DNA of 64,000 nucleotides from Eledone cirrhosa (lineage: Eukaryota). The notes under the pieces are model-generated. The model made no database searches and was not told the DNA's origin. It was given only the letters and a program-made list of their open reading frames with translations. The DNA lies in NCBI GenBank assembly GCA_964016885.1, contig OZ024747.1, forward strand, positions 83,142,001 to 83,206,000, written 5' to 3'. Positions 27,736-40,056 of the stretch are shown one piece after another (positions within the stretch are counted from its first letter, which is position 1; every line of letters begins with the position of its first letter). The position numbers and the translations under genes are program-made.

Positions 27736-28710
27736 GTAAGTAGGCATCTTGTACACATTCTGTATTCATTATCATTTTCTTTTAGTCATCATTTTATGTC
27801 CACTTTCCATGCTGATGTGTGGGTGTGTTATTGTCCGAGATTAGGGTGGATAGGGAACCATGTCTTGGCTCTGACATTCCATATTTGACATGATTTCTCT
27901 GCTAGAGTGTCCATTTAAAACCAACCACTTTACAGTGTCTATTGGGTGCATTTTATTGACACCAGCGCTATATGTTTTAATGTAACGTCAGTTTAAGATC
28001 AATGTGAATAATATTCAAAGTCAATTCTTGTGACCATTAAATAAGAACCGTATTAAGTTACCATCTTAGTAATGAAATAATTAATAATTTTAATAAATTT
28101 GTATCTCTGTGTCTATCTTAGCCATCATCATCATCATCATACGTCCGCTTTTCCCTGCTTGCAAGGATGGGACAATCTTCACAAATTCTAACTCGTATAG
28201 TTATCTATTTTGTCTTGGTTTGTTTGACTGCATGAAGGAAGAACCTTTACATAGTTTATTAACTTGTCTGAATTATGATATACATATTAGATAATAGTCC
28301 AAGATACCCTTGAACATCTTAAATACCTTAACTTTTATTTCTTTTTTTAACATTTTTACTTGTTTCAGTCATTAAACTGCAGCTGTTATACATTAAAAAT
28401 TTAACACAAGTTTATAAGAACCATATGTTAAGTTGTTATCTTAATATTGAAATAATTAGTATTTTTAGTAAATTCCTCAAAATTGCTTCATTAATTAATT
28501 TAAATAGTGTATTTTATTTGAAATACTGTTATGAAAACGTTAAAAAAATGTAAATATCTTGATAAGGTGAACTGAAATTTTTTTTTTAATCTATGAAAAG
28601 ATGTTAGTTTTGTAGGTGGAAATTTCATTTATTGTCTGTAATCACACACAAATGTGAATATACAGATTTATAAATATCAGTACATGTGGTTATTTTTCCA
28701 TTCTCTTTAG

Positions 28711-28880
28711 CTACTGACAACAAATTGAGCCGAGTTGAAGCACAATCTCCAATTCCAACGACACAGCAACAATCAAGTCAGTCAGCTCACCAGCAACCCT
28801 ATATAAATCTTCATTATCCTTACTACTATCCTTCCATGTTGCCAGGAGCTGCAGGTTTTCAATATCACACAATGTTTGCA
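28711..28880 (+). CDS. UBAP2: UBAP2-like exon: TDNKLSRVEAQSP...GFQYHTMFA
   Basis: ctctttAG acceptor, GTAAGT donor. Aligns with vertebrate D.TKFGRGD..SP and the downstream Y/P-rich block. Confidence 0.92.
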
Positions 28881-28924
28881 GTAAGTTGCTGTTGTTATTT
28901 TTATTATTATAATTCATTTGCACA

Positions 28925-29385
28925 GTGATGATCTTATTAACACTGGATCATTTGACTCCCTATCAGGTTATGTAACCCCAGACTGACTGTACTTTCTGCG
29001 GGATATTTGCTGTTCCCCAAAATGTTATTTTGGAATGTCATATTGTTGAGACTGATTCTAATTCTATCAAGGTTTTCTGTCACTGACCCAAGTGCTCCAA
29101 TCACTTTATATTTCACATTCTATCATCTATTCTCAAGTCTGCATACTTTAGTTTTCTTTACTATTGATGTAATGACCTCCTAGGCAAGCTACATCGATCA
29201 ACAAACACTTCCTTTCACCACCAAAGTTATGCCTGTCTGGATTGTTAACACCCACAAGTTTCATGGTTTGTGCTGATACCATTTTTCAGTGGTTGCAAAC
29301 CCATATTTCTTACATAAAGACCAATGAGGTGTAAGCACACTTTATTGTGATGTCTTTTATATTCCCTCTTCTCCCATAACCTACA
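28925..29385 (-). mobile_element. Decayed R4/Dong-like (RLE-type) non-LTR retrotransposon 3' end
   Basis: - strand fragments EYKRHHNKV, HWSLCKKYG...EKWYQHKP, CLLIDVA, KYADL and VIGALGSV, with frameshifts. Confidence 0.75.
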
Positions 29386-29517
29386 CTTGTTTCTTCTGGA
29401 GTATACATATTCCTTATCGTGTTAGTGTTTACTGTTTGATCTTGAACAACTATCATTAACACATCTGAGAAATCTGTGGTGTAAAATCAATGTAAAAATG
29501 TATATTTCTCATTTCAG

Positions 29518-29614
29518 ATGCCACCTGTAACTAACACTGCCCATGGGGGAAATACTGGTACTGCACAGTATCAAAAGAATTATGGATCTCATGCATACAA
29601 CACTGGTGGTAAAA
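29518..29614 (+). CDS. UBAP2: UBAP2-like exon: MPPVTNTAHGG...YGSHAYNTGGK
   Basis: atttcAG acceptor, GTAAGC donor (a weaker same-phase GT lies 6 nt upstream). YGSHAYNTG matches UBAP2L YGSHGYNTG. Confidence 0.92.
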
Positions 29615-30497
29615 GTAAGCAAATTTATTATCTTTTATTTAATCCTTTATATACCTTTTTGCTTGAAACCACTTATGGTTCAGAGATACTAAACTGTTTA
29701 TAGTTTTATATAAGAAACTTTATACTCCAAACACCATCTTAAGGAGAAATTTATATTACTAAATCCATTCAAATTCTCGATTATTTTTTAAATGATTTAA
29801 AAATTATAAGCAGTGTCTTTCATTAGAAATACTAACAGAAGAACCACCCTCTGGGCGGTTTTCTGTTAGCATATGTAGTGTGCATATTGATATTATACCC
29901 AATTATATATGCCTATAGACATAATACATAAATTGACCAAAGACTGTGTTACTCTTTCTTCTGTAATCACTAAAGTAATCCTGCCAGAATTCTTTCACCT
30001 CTTTCTATTCAAAAAGGCTATAATTTGCTACTCATACTTAAGGTATTTTTATCAAAATCTGTTAGATTCGATATTATGTGAGATAAGGCCTTTGCAGTGA
30101 AAATATAATAATAAATATAGAGTAATGTAAATGGTAAAGGGTTAAAGAAGATATGATTGTTATATATTTTAATATTTTGAGTAATCATGAATGAGTGGAA
30201 GACAATGAGTTGCAATGGATTTTTCTAAAGAAACGTTGCACTGAACATTCACTTACATTTTCTTGGTTTCAAACTTCATTGATGTTTCTAGTCATCTGTG
30301 TTGCACTTTAGCTAAGTTTCAATTCAAAAAATTTTTACAGTGAATGAAAAAGCATAAAATAAGCTTTAAAATTATACATAATTTTACTCACCTTGTGTGA
30401 GGTTTTATTCCTCAAAGATTGTTGCAACAAATAAAAACACGAAACTGGCATTAATTTCTGAACAACGTAATATTAATATCATTATTATCACGATTAA

Positions 30498-30685
30498 GAG
30501 TGGTGGATTGGCAGTATCGGTAGCGGTTCTGATGCCATGCTTTGCAGCAAAGAGCTACGGCCCTTTATGGTCTGAGCTCAAATCTCGCCGAGGTCAACTT
30601 TGCCTTTTATCCTTACGGGGTCGATAAAATAAAGTACCAGTAATACACTGGGATAATTGCTGGCCTGGTGCCAAAAGTAGAAACA
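30498..30685 (+). mobile_element. Full-length tRNA-derived SINE, family with GCCTTTCATCCTT.CGGGGTCGATAAAATAAAGTACCAG central block
   Basis: A/B-box-like head, 17-bp TSD ATTATTATCA(C/T)GATTAA at 30481 and 30686. Related copies near 3400, 13300, 14420, 22150, 32125, 40057, 50390, 50530, 52780, 55965 and 57060. Confidence 0.85.
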
Positions 30686-31101
30686 ATTATTATCATGATT
30701 AACAATGTTTTATAGCATGGTGGCAGTTAATAATTTATTCAAGTATTCAGTTTATTTAATAAGCTATATACACTAATAGCTTATTACATGTTGGGAAGTG
30801 TTTTGGTTTACATGATAGTAAAATACCATTGATCTTATTCTCTGGATATGGTTTTCATTTACTGCTGTCTTATAACACATTTTACTACATGGCTTGAGAT
30901 CTATTAGTTGGTGGAAGTGAGGTAATACTCCTCACTATTAGAATAGTTAAGCAGAGTTTATCTAGATGTGAGTACAGGAAGATTAATATCAAAAGGTTTA
31001 ATATATACTGACATTGAGTGTATGTTTACATATTTGTCTGTTGAACGTATTTCATTCATATTTTGTTGTTTTTAATGCAAATCTGTTAATTTTTGTTACA
31101 G

Positions 31102-31175
31102 CAAGTGGCGTTGGTTCAGGAGCTGCATCAACTGCTGACATCCCAGGCTCTGGTTACGGAAAATCTCATGGACCA
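31102..31175 (+). CDS. UBAP2: UBAP2-like exon: SGVGSGAASTADIPGSGYGKSHGP
   Basis: gttacAG acceptor, GTAAGT donor. Matches PDISGSVYSK. Phases 1/0. Confidence 0.92.
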
Positions 31176-31339
31176 GTAAGTTTTTTTATCTGTTGTATAA
31201 TATTCTTGAATCCAGTTGTTAGGTTCTTTCTTTCCACAACTGTGTTTTTAGTTATGTAAAGAAAAATATATTTTTTATAAATTTTATTTTTAAATAGGGC
31301 TTTAAAATTTTTTTTTTTTTTTTTACTGCTACAGTGCAA

Positions 31340-32560
31340 TTTTGAGTGAACCTCTGTTGGGTAAGGGCTTGGGATTATGGAGTTAGGTTGTGTCTGGGTT
31401 ATGGAGAAGCATATCTAAAAGGAATGCTTCAATCACCTACCCACCTAGCTGTTTCTAACAGATAAAGGGTGAATCACATATGCTGCCTGGGATAATTAAC
31501 ATGGAACTGGCAGAGCTCCAACAAATCAGTTGAGCTGTAGCGTGTGAGGTGAGGTAGTATGTGGATGTGTGGTGGATAGTCACTATGAAGCAGTGGTCAA
31601 ACAAAATTTTAGGTGTAGAGACAGTTATGGTCTGGTTGGGTTTGGAGGTGAAAAAGATATCAAGGATGTTTGGTGTGTCTGTATTGGTTAGTGTGGAGTG
31701 TAGATGGAGGCACATGGCTTAGTGGTTAGAGCATTGGCCTTGAAAAGTTGTGGGTTCAATTCTCAGACCGGGTGATGTGTTGTTTCCTTGAGCAAGACAC
31801 TTTATTTCACATTGCTCCAGTTTACTCAGCTGTAGAAATGAGATGATGGGGACTGAGGTCCCTATCATTCCACGGAAAAAAAAGCACCCAGCACTCACTG
31901 TAAATGAGGTTGGTGTTAGGAATGGCATCCAGCTGTAGAAATCAGCCAGAATTAGTTCCCGTCCCACCCTTGCAAGCAGGGAAAAGCGGACGTAAAATGA
32001 TGATGATGTAGAGGACTTGAGGATTGTGAAAGTTTCTATTTTGTACTGGCTATATAATTGTGCAAGATGGGTGACTATTGAAGTCACTGAGGAGACTGAC
32101 TTTAGTGAGACAGATGTCTTTGATTTTTAATTTAAACACTAAACCATCAAATTTGGGGGAAGGGTAAAGTTGATAAATCAACCTCAATACTGTGACTGTA
32201 AATTTATTTTATTGACCTTATAAGGATGAAAGGCAAAATTAACTTTAGCATGATTTGAACTCTGAACGTTAAGACCTAGAACAAATACTACAATGGTATT
32301 TTGTCTGCCAACGTACCTATTCCACTAATCCATCACTCTGATACATGTAGAGGTATTGTCAAACAACTGTTGGTGGTTCCACAGAGCATTAGAGTAGGCA
32401 TGGTGGGTGGGGGTAAGGTTTTGAATCTGAGTAACTGGAAGCCTTTATGATATTGATATTCAGGTGAGAGAAATAAGTTAAGAGGAATCTACATATGTGT
32501 AGACACATTAAATTGAAAGTTAAGTAATGACGAGTCTGAATGGTAAGGATTGAGAGATTA
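31340..32560 (-). mobile_element. Old CR1/Jockey-group LINE endonuclease remnant with nested SINEs
   Basis: - strand DTPNILDIFFTS...V.TP....DH..I (APE domain end). Interrupted by SINEs at ~31706-32007 and ~32125-32330. Confidence 0.55.
31706..32007 (+). mobile_element. tRNA-head CORE-like SINE ending in an RTE-type 3' tail
   Basis: A box TGGCTTAGTGG, B box GGTTCAATTCT, CORE-like CCTTGAGCAAGACACTTTATTTCAC, and a 3' part similar to the RTE 3' UTR with a (GAT)n end. Head+core copies near 3540, 5365, 7735, 9505, 10940, 17403, 18503, 19495, 24245 (+) and 1150, 47340, 57935 (-). Confidence 0.75.
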
Positions 32561-33590
32561 GTGCAAGAGTTTCATTAAAACCTTGTGGGTTCATGGGCCA
32601 AGTTCGAAATTTTAATTATTTTCTTAAAAACTTAATATGTACACATTATTGAGTATCCTTTCTTCTCTAAATATTTCTCTCCCTTACGATTGTTATTCCT
32701 CACAGTATAAAAGTCTGGGATGGGAATCTATAAGAAAATACAATCAAATCCAAGGGGTGCTTGACTTTGAAAGGGTTGGGGACCACTAGATTAATGCCTT
32801 GGAGAAAAATGATGTTGGATTTAGTTAGGATTGGATATGGCAGCTACAGGGTGTGCCATGAGGTCACAATAACTCCCTGGGAATTTGGTCTGCATCCTTC
32901 TAGCGAAACAAAGTTAGCTAAAGGCACTGGGCATTCATGGGCCAATCACTTAGAGAATGAGAGTGATTCCATTCCATATAATACAAGATTCATCATCATT
33001 GTTTTTACATCCGAATACTATTCCTGACATTAACCCTTTGAGTTGCTTCTGAAAACATGATGGGATACGGTGCACCTCTTTGTAAAACCAGGGTTACATT
33101 AGATAAACAATTTACAATTTTATCAACTGTTTAGTTTAACACGTAGGACTAAGAACAACTTTATCTTTTCACAGAAACATTTAGTTGATATACTTAAAAT
33201 TGTTCTACCAAAGATTTCTGTCAAAACATAATTTGGATAGTTTTTTTTTTTTTGTTTTTTTTTTACCCCATATTTTTATATTTTTAAATGTCTACATATT
33301 TTTTCTGTATTTTTTTTTCTTCTCTTAGTCTTCCAAGTCCACTTGACATGGGACTAATGCCTATTATGATTTATGTGCCTTAAAGTATATTTTGGCATCC
33401 CCGACAACAAAGACAGCCTGATATAAAAAAGGAAATATTTCCCATCTGTCACATTAAATTAAGCGGAACAACAGCAACATCACTGAATGAGCTTACTAAG
33501 ACAAATTTTGGCTACAACACTAAATTTAAATTATTAAACAAGTTTTCATAGTTTTTTTTTTCTTTCTCTCCTCTCTCTCTCTCTCTCTCA

Positions 33591-33643
<53 letters not shown>

Positions 33644-33811
33644 GTAGTTTTAATTTAGCAAATATTTAAGGGTGGGTTCTAAACCATATTGTTGCTACAC
33701 AACAGTATTTCACTTTGATTATTGAAAGAAAAAAAAGCAATTATTTATCCAATTTTTTCTTTTTTCTTTTCTTTTTTTCTTTCTTTTTCTTTCTTTTTTT
33801 TATACTTTTAG

Positions 33812-33985
33812 GCTTTTGAGAAACAAGGCTTTCATACGGGGACTCCTCCCCCGTTCAGCCTGCCGCTAGCTACAGGAACCCAGGCAGGTCCAATGGGTGC
33901 TCCCACCACTCCATATGGGACTCCATTTGTACCCCTTGTGACCCATCAGCCTCATTCCCAGATGCTGCACCACCCCCTGCAACAG
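33812..33985 (+). CDS. UBAP2: UBAP2-like exon: AFEKQGFHTGTPPPFSLP...HQPHSQMLHHPLQQ
   Basis: Long polypyrimidine tract + AG, cag|GTCAGT donor. Near-identical to the conserved F(E/D)KQGFH.GTPPPFSLP and QPHSQ.LHH.L.Q motifs. Not in the ORF track. Confidence 0.97.
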
Positions 33986-36900
33986 GTCAGTTGCATGAAG
34001 TAATGTGCAATTCTGTGCTGCAAGCAGCCTAGTCTCCACTTGCAGTTGTTTGTTACTAATGCTTAGGGTGAGCTGTAGAGAAAGTGTTAACTACATAGCC
34101 TGCAGACGTTGAAGTGGTTTGTCTGTTTAACTCTCTTGTACTAAACTTAATAGCCTTGCTCTAGTAAGCTACCTACTGTGTATATGTGTGTATGTATGTC
34201 TTGGTGTGTTTATGGAGGTTAGTGAGCTCTTCTGAATTCTGTTAGGAAGCTTATGGTGGCACTTTGTCCGACCACTGGTATTTGCTGCCATTCAAGCTTG
34301 CTTTTTTAGCATTTCCTCCTAACACTTGCTTTAACTCCAGTATTTTTTAACATTTTCCACCTTCCTTTTTGCAATATTTTTTTAATTTATTAATTGAGTG
34401 TATAATTATTTTGATGGTGATGATGGTAGGCCAGTGAATGAAAAATATTTATAGTTTTAATTACTACTACTAATATTTCAAACAACTTTTTAAGATTTAG
34501 TTATTCTAGCATTTTCATTGCTTTTCGAAATATATTTGTTTGTTAGGTCTTTTACTTAAGGCTTTACAAACATTGTAGAAATCACTAAGTGCTGTGTTCT
34601 ATATTGTATGTGCTTTTCAGTAAAGTAATGGAGGTATTAAACAGCTGGAGTTTTATATATTCAACTTGGAGTTAGTTATAAAAGTCCTACATTTTTGACT
34701 GGACAGATGGAATGTAGTTTGATCTTGATCTGATTCTTACTGGTTGAGCTCTGCTGCTGATAGCCCTTGTATCAGGGCTTATATGTGAAATGGGGATCAC
34801 ATTTTTTTTCAACTCTCCAGCTGAGTAGCTTCTTCAGTAAATAGTTTATGATAATGGATGTGGTGCTAATGAAGATAATATAAAGGAAGGCAATTAAAAG
34901 CAATGAACCGAAAAAAAAAGTATGAATATCAATTGGCTCTACCCAAGTAATGAAAACTAAAACAACTGTGGTGGGTGGTGCTGTTACAGATACTCTGGTG
35001 GCTGCATTCCTTGTGTTTTAGTCATTGCACTGTGACTAAATATTGATGAGCAAAATAAACTTAAATTCAATATAGTGACCTCAATCCTTCCCAGTGTCAC
35101 ATTGGCTTTCTCATTAAAATGTTCCCCCCACCCAACCTTTTTCTTCTATTTTTTTCTTTCATTTTTTTTTTCCTTCCATTTTTAACAATCTTAATTTTTT
35201 TTTTTTTTGTTATATTTTTTTTTTCCCTATTGTTGCTTTGGGTTTTTTAATATAATATAATATATTTGTTTAACCACATTTTCCAGTATTTCATAAATAG
35301 CTCCATCAATTATTTCAATCCACCCACCCCAGTTTTCAGATTCCAAGAAGTACATTTAAAATTTCTATTTAAATGTACCTGAAAATGGGGTTTGTTGTTC
35401 CAGCCAATTATTAATGTTCAATTGGATTAAATGTAATATATAGCTTTCCAGCAAGATTCTCAAAAGCTCACATACCTTTTGTTTGGCTTAAAGGATGCCT
35501 AGAAACTTGATTTGCTAGCTTAGTTGTTGTAATACTAGTAATATGGCAGCAATTCCACTGAAGATATTTCAGATATTGACATACTTTCAAATGACAGTTA
35601 CTTCAGATCTTTTTCCTATATGATTACATTGACTTTTCTAATTTTGCTCCTTAACATTTAATCATTGAGGCATAGAATAATTACCAGAAAAATCATTCTA
35701 GTTATTTTTTAGTATATACTACTGTACCAAGAACTTTTTATTTCTACTGTACACTGGATTTCCCCCTTGATTTTATCAACGTCAATCTCATATTGGTCAT
35801 TGTCATCATCAACTTAAATTTCTTTACTATAGGATAGAGCAAATTTTTGTTATGAAGTGAGTCATTGACATCAGTGATCACTTGTTACATCCTACATTCC
35901 CATAAATATACATACTATACACATGACAAAGACAAAACTGAATACCATCAGTTTAACCTTTTACTCATTGTTCACATTTCTTAAAATACTCTTTAAAAAA
36001 TGTTAGAAACATTTTTGGTAAATAGCCAGCCCAATGCTGATCCAAGCTGACTTCATTTTGGTTTTCGTTTTTGTCATTGTCATGTATATAGTATGGAAGT
36101 TTAAATGTTTGTATATTTATAGTAATGTAGAGTGCAACCATTTCTTTATATAAATCTTGTAATCCTTTGCAAAACTTGAAAATGTTTACAATTCTGCAAC
36201 AAGTATTCACTGATGTCAGTGCTTCAGTCTTGATATTAAAAACAAATTGCTCTATCCTACAGTAATGATGAAATTTAAGTTGACAATGACAAATTTGAGA
36301 CAGAAAACCCTGTTTGTCTGCATGTTTGTTTATATATATAACTGACTTTCATTGTACAACCTTTTATGTTTTAGTAGGATGAAGACATACGATTTCATTT
36401 GTTGGGGGGGTTAGAAATTTAAATTATCAGCTACTTTATATTATTAGATTTATGTTTATTTTTTAAAACTATTAACAAAACTAATTCAAAATTATTAATC
36501 CTTTTCCTTGATACCTCTAATATTCCAAAATCCTTTGCACGTCCTTAACTTGAATTCTTGATTTTTGATTTTTTTTTTTTTAATCTTTTCACTTTGATTG
36601 CACAATAACCAGATTTATTAACAACTTTAGTGGTTGATCTTTTATTGCTTTCATATTTTGGTTTTAGTATTGCTTATGAATAGTGTGTGTACGGGAGAAA
36701 TTTGTTGCAGTTGTTTTGGTATTGTTATTTGTATATAGCAAGTTTGTTTATCTCAATTGTTGTTCAATTCTTAACTCTTAACGCCCTGTAAAGATTTAGA
36801 AAATTTCTAAAGGAAGGTTTGTTAATTTAAATATTTATATTGGGGGACAGATTGTGGAAATTTTCAGTATTAGAGTAAAGACATGAACTCTTGATGGGGT

Positions 36901-37102
36901 GCAGTCTTATGGCTGATATATCTAATACAGTGCAGTATACAATGTTAAGAGTCAATGTGTTATTAGTAGTTTAAATTAAATCTTCAGTTTTAGATAAATC
37001 ATTATGTATATAAGAAACTGTGCGTGCATGAGCTTGTTTGTTTTTGCAATATATCACTACTTCTATTTATGGGAAATAAAACTTCTCTTTTTCTCTTTTC
37101 AG

Positions 37103-37204
37103 GATTCCACTGGTGGCTCAAGCCGTGGTGCCCAGCAGGCTAGCACACAGCCCAAATCTGGAGGTTCTAAAAACTATGGACCGACTTATTGGAGTGCATC
37201 CTAA
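37103..37204 (+). CDS. UBAP2: UBAP2-like terminal coding exon: DSTGGSSRGAQQ...NYGPTYWSAS*
   Basis: ttttcAG acceptor, TAA at 37202-04. C-terminal QPKS...YG..YW as in vertebrate UBAP2. Confidence 0.95.
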   Translation, partial: DSTGGSSRGAQQASTQPKSGGSKNYGPTYWSAS

Positions 37205-37837
37205 GTTCACCTCACATGTGTGAATCCCACTTACAGGGGTGTGGCCTCTTCCAAAAGGTCGCCATGGTGACCACCTTTTCTCTCTATCTCTCACTATATA
37301 TATCTCTCTCTATCTCTCTCTCTCTCTCTGGGTTTGCTGCCATTTGTCAGCTTGTTTGGTGGGCTGGTTGGGTGCTGGTTTCCCTTTATTCCCCTCTTAC
37401 CAAGACCTCTTTGCCTGTGTGAAAATTCCTACCATAGGGTTGGCTACAGCTCTGAGCAATATGCCAAGGATGTAGCAATACCACCACTACTACCATTAAC
37501 TAGTATGATATGATATGATAGTCCTTTTAGCAGCTCTGTATACAGTTTCGGCTATTTGTTTTGTTTAAGTATATGTGTATATATATAAATATATATGTGT
37601 ATGTATGTATGTATGTATGTATATATATATATATATATATTATTTGTATTGTAAACTTTTTGTGCCAGGCTTCTTGGCACAAAGATTTTAAAACAACCCT
37701 TTTTGCCAGATAGGAACAGTGGCATGTGATATTGTGCCTTAATTGGAATAACTTGTCTCGCACCAAAGTGGCAGTCCTGTACCACTTTGAAAAAAATCCA
37801 TTACAATGAATATCACCTATATATATATATGTATATA

Positions 37838-37892
<55 letters not shown>

Positions 37893-37944
37893 GTGTGTAT
37901 ATATATATATGTGCATGTATGTATATGTTTATATATATGTATGC

Positions 37945-37993
<49 letters not shown>

Positions 37994-38686
37994 TGTATGT
38001 ATATGTGTATATGTTTATATATATGTATATATGTGTGTGTATATATAGATATGTATGTGTATATATATATAATAGGATGTATATGTCTGCCAGTATCCTT
38101 CAATAATTGTATACATGTCTACCAGAAATGTAGATATAAAAAAATATATATATATACACTTGTAAAAATTTTTTTTTTTTTTTTTTTTTTTTTCCATCTT
38201 AATTATCCTGCAATGCTCTGTGAGTTGTGTGTGTGTTTCTGTGGGTTTACATTTAGACGTCTTATTTTGGTGTATAGCATAGTACACTATATCATACACC
38301 AGTTTGTGTGTGTATTATATACACACGTATGAGTAACCTCTTTAGCTTTAAATGTTTTTGATTTTTTGTTGTTGGTTTTTTTTTTTTTTGTTTAAACATG
38401 AAATCGTATGCATGCTCATATGTTGAAGATTTAACACATGGTGTATGCTTCCAAAACAGTCACATTATTGTATACATACATACAGTCACATAGCCTAGTG
38501 CTCCCTGTCCCTCCAAAGAAACACCTGGTGAGCTCAGTAAAATTAAAATTTGTTGCATTTATTGCAGCTATGATAAAGATGAATTGCTGTAAACTTCTAG
38601 GGTCATGTGAGAATATATATCTATCTATATATAAATATGAAATATAATATATATATATATATATGTGTGTGTATATATATGTATGT

Positions 38687-38717
<31 letters not shown>

Positions 38718-39040
38718 GATATACACACACACATTAAGCAGGAGTTGCTGTTAAATATCCTGACCGTTGCCGGCTAAATATTTTGTGTGCATGTGATGGT
38801 TGTTAGTGAGGTTCACCTGGATGTTTTTTAGGCATGGTGAATCTTTCTCCCTCTTTCTTTCCTCTTCCATCCCCAACCTTTCCCCTTCTATTATTTCTTT
38901 CTATATATTATACAAAACATTGTACAAAAAAAAATTAAAAACAAAATGGAAAAAAAATTAATCTGGAAGAAAAAAGGAAAAGACCAAAAAAACATGGGGG
39001 GAAATATAAATAAAACAAAAAAATTGAAAAATTGTCAAGT
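37205..39040 (+). other. Probable 3' UTR of the UBAP2-like gene, rich in (TA)n/(TG)n
   Basis: Follows the stop codon and has no recognisable SINEs. AATAAA at 39009-39014 is followed by a GT-rich tract; ATTAAA at 39393 is an alternative. The end point is inferred. Confidence 0.55.
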
Positions 39041-39131
39041 TGTTTCGTTTTTATCTTTGTTTATATTATCCTTTCCTCTCTGTATCTCACACATATATAT
39101 ATATATATATAACAAAAAACTAAAGGGTGTT

Positions 39132-39190
<59 letters not shown>

Positions 39191-39489
39191 GCGTATTTAT
39201 ATACGCACAAGTGCATAACACAAATACTCACGCACATATATATATATATATATATATTCACACTTGTATATACACGCTTACATACATACACATTTGCAAC
39301 TTAAGATACTAACAAGTGGAAATTGGGCAGGAGCAAATGTAAGGTGGAAAATGAAATGTAGAATCGAATCTAATGCTAGTCAAAGAGGAAACATTAAAGT
39401 TTAGTTAAGGGAGTATAAAGGAAATATATTATAGGAGTAGGATATTTAGATATAAGAAAAAAATTATGCTAATCTGGGTGTACCTGGCG

Positions 39490-39840
39490 AAGGTACGTAA
39501 ATTCCTATGTTGGCAATTAATAATTCTCTCCACAGCTAGACATAATTTCCATTACCTCTATCACACAAACGTCACAAGAGCATCTTTCGTTCTAGTATGG
39601 ACCAGGAGAGAGTATAATCCATGTTCTGTTTCAAGTCTCAGATCTTGGTGAGGGTGGTAGAGTTACTACGCTTAGGTTCTTAAATGAGAACATGTACCAT
39701 CTTTTCATAAAAAAGCTGCAAGTTGCACCCACATATACATACTTAAGTTAATTTCAACCACACATTGATGTTCCTGTGCATGCACATTCCTTTTAAAGGA
39801 CAGTGGTTGGGACGCCAACAGTTACACTGCATCTGTGCAT
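39490..39840 (-). mobile_element. Decayed Penelope-like element, GIY-YIG endonuclease region
   Basis: - strand CNC....CPLKGMC, YVG.T...F.KRWY, SNSTTL and DY.LSWSILER motifs with stops and frameshifts. Confidence 0.7.
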
Positions 39841-40056
39841 ACTGCACAGGATCATTCGTACCCGCATTAAGGGGAAGCAGTGTTTGGTTCATAGCCTCGT
39901 TATAAGATCTATCCGAGAGAATAGGTCTATTACCATTTGAAGTGGAGGGTTGGGAAATTGCTCTCATGGTCATTCCAACTAGAATTAGAGATCTGTTTCT
40001 GGCCAGATAGTATGTCACTTAAACTCTCAGGAGTGTTTATTATTTAATCCTGTTAC

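Noticed and set aside
28919-28991. C/D-box snoRNA-like pattern (GTGATGA...CTGA with a short terminal stem) in a UBAP2 intron
   Set aside because: It coincides with the expected 3' end of the - strand R4-like retrotransposon remnant, and I could not recognise an rRNA-complementary guide. Not supportable without a snoRNA search.
29615-31101. Possible extra exon equivalent to the vertebrate UBAP2 GYD(D/E)LTQ...DYSK segment
   Set aside because: No such coding sequence was found, and the flanking exons join directly in phase 1.
31706-31790. tRNA gene
   Set aside because: A/B boxes are present, but there is no complete cloverleaf and it continues into a SINE core found in more than 10 copies.
37527-39312. 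Many overlapping ORFs of 60-181 aa rich in YI/CV/HT
   Set aside because: Translations of (TA)n/(TG)n microsatellites, which lack stops. The same applies at 48.5-48.9 kb and 59.9-60.5 kb.
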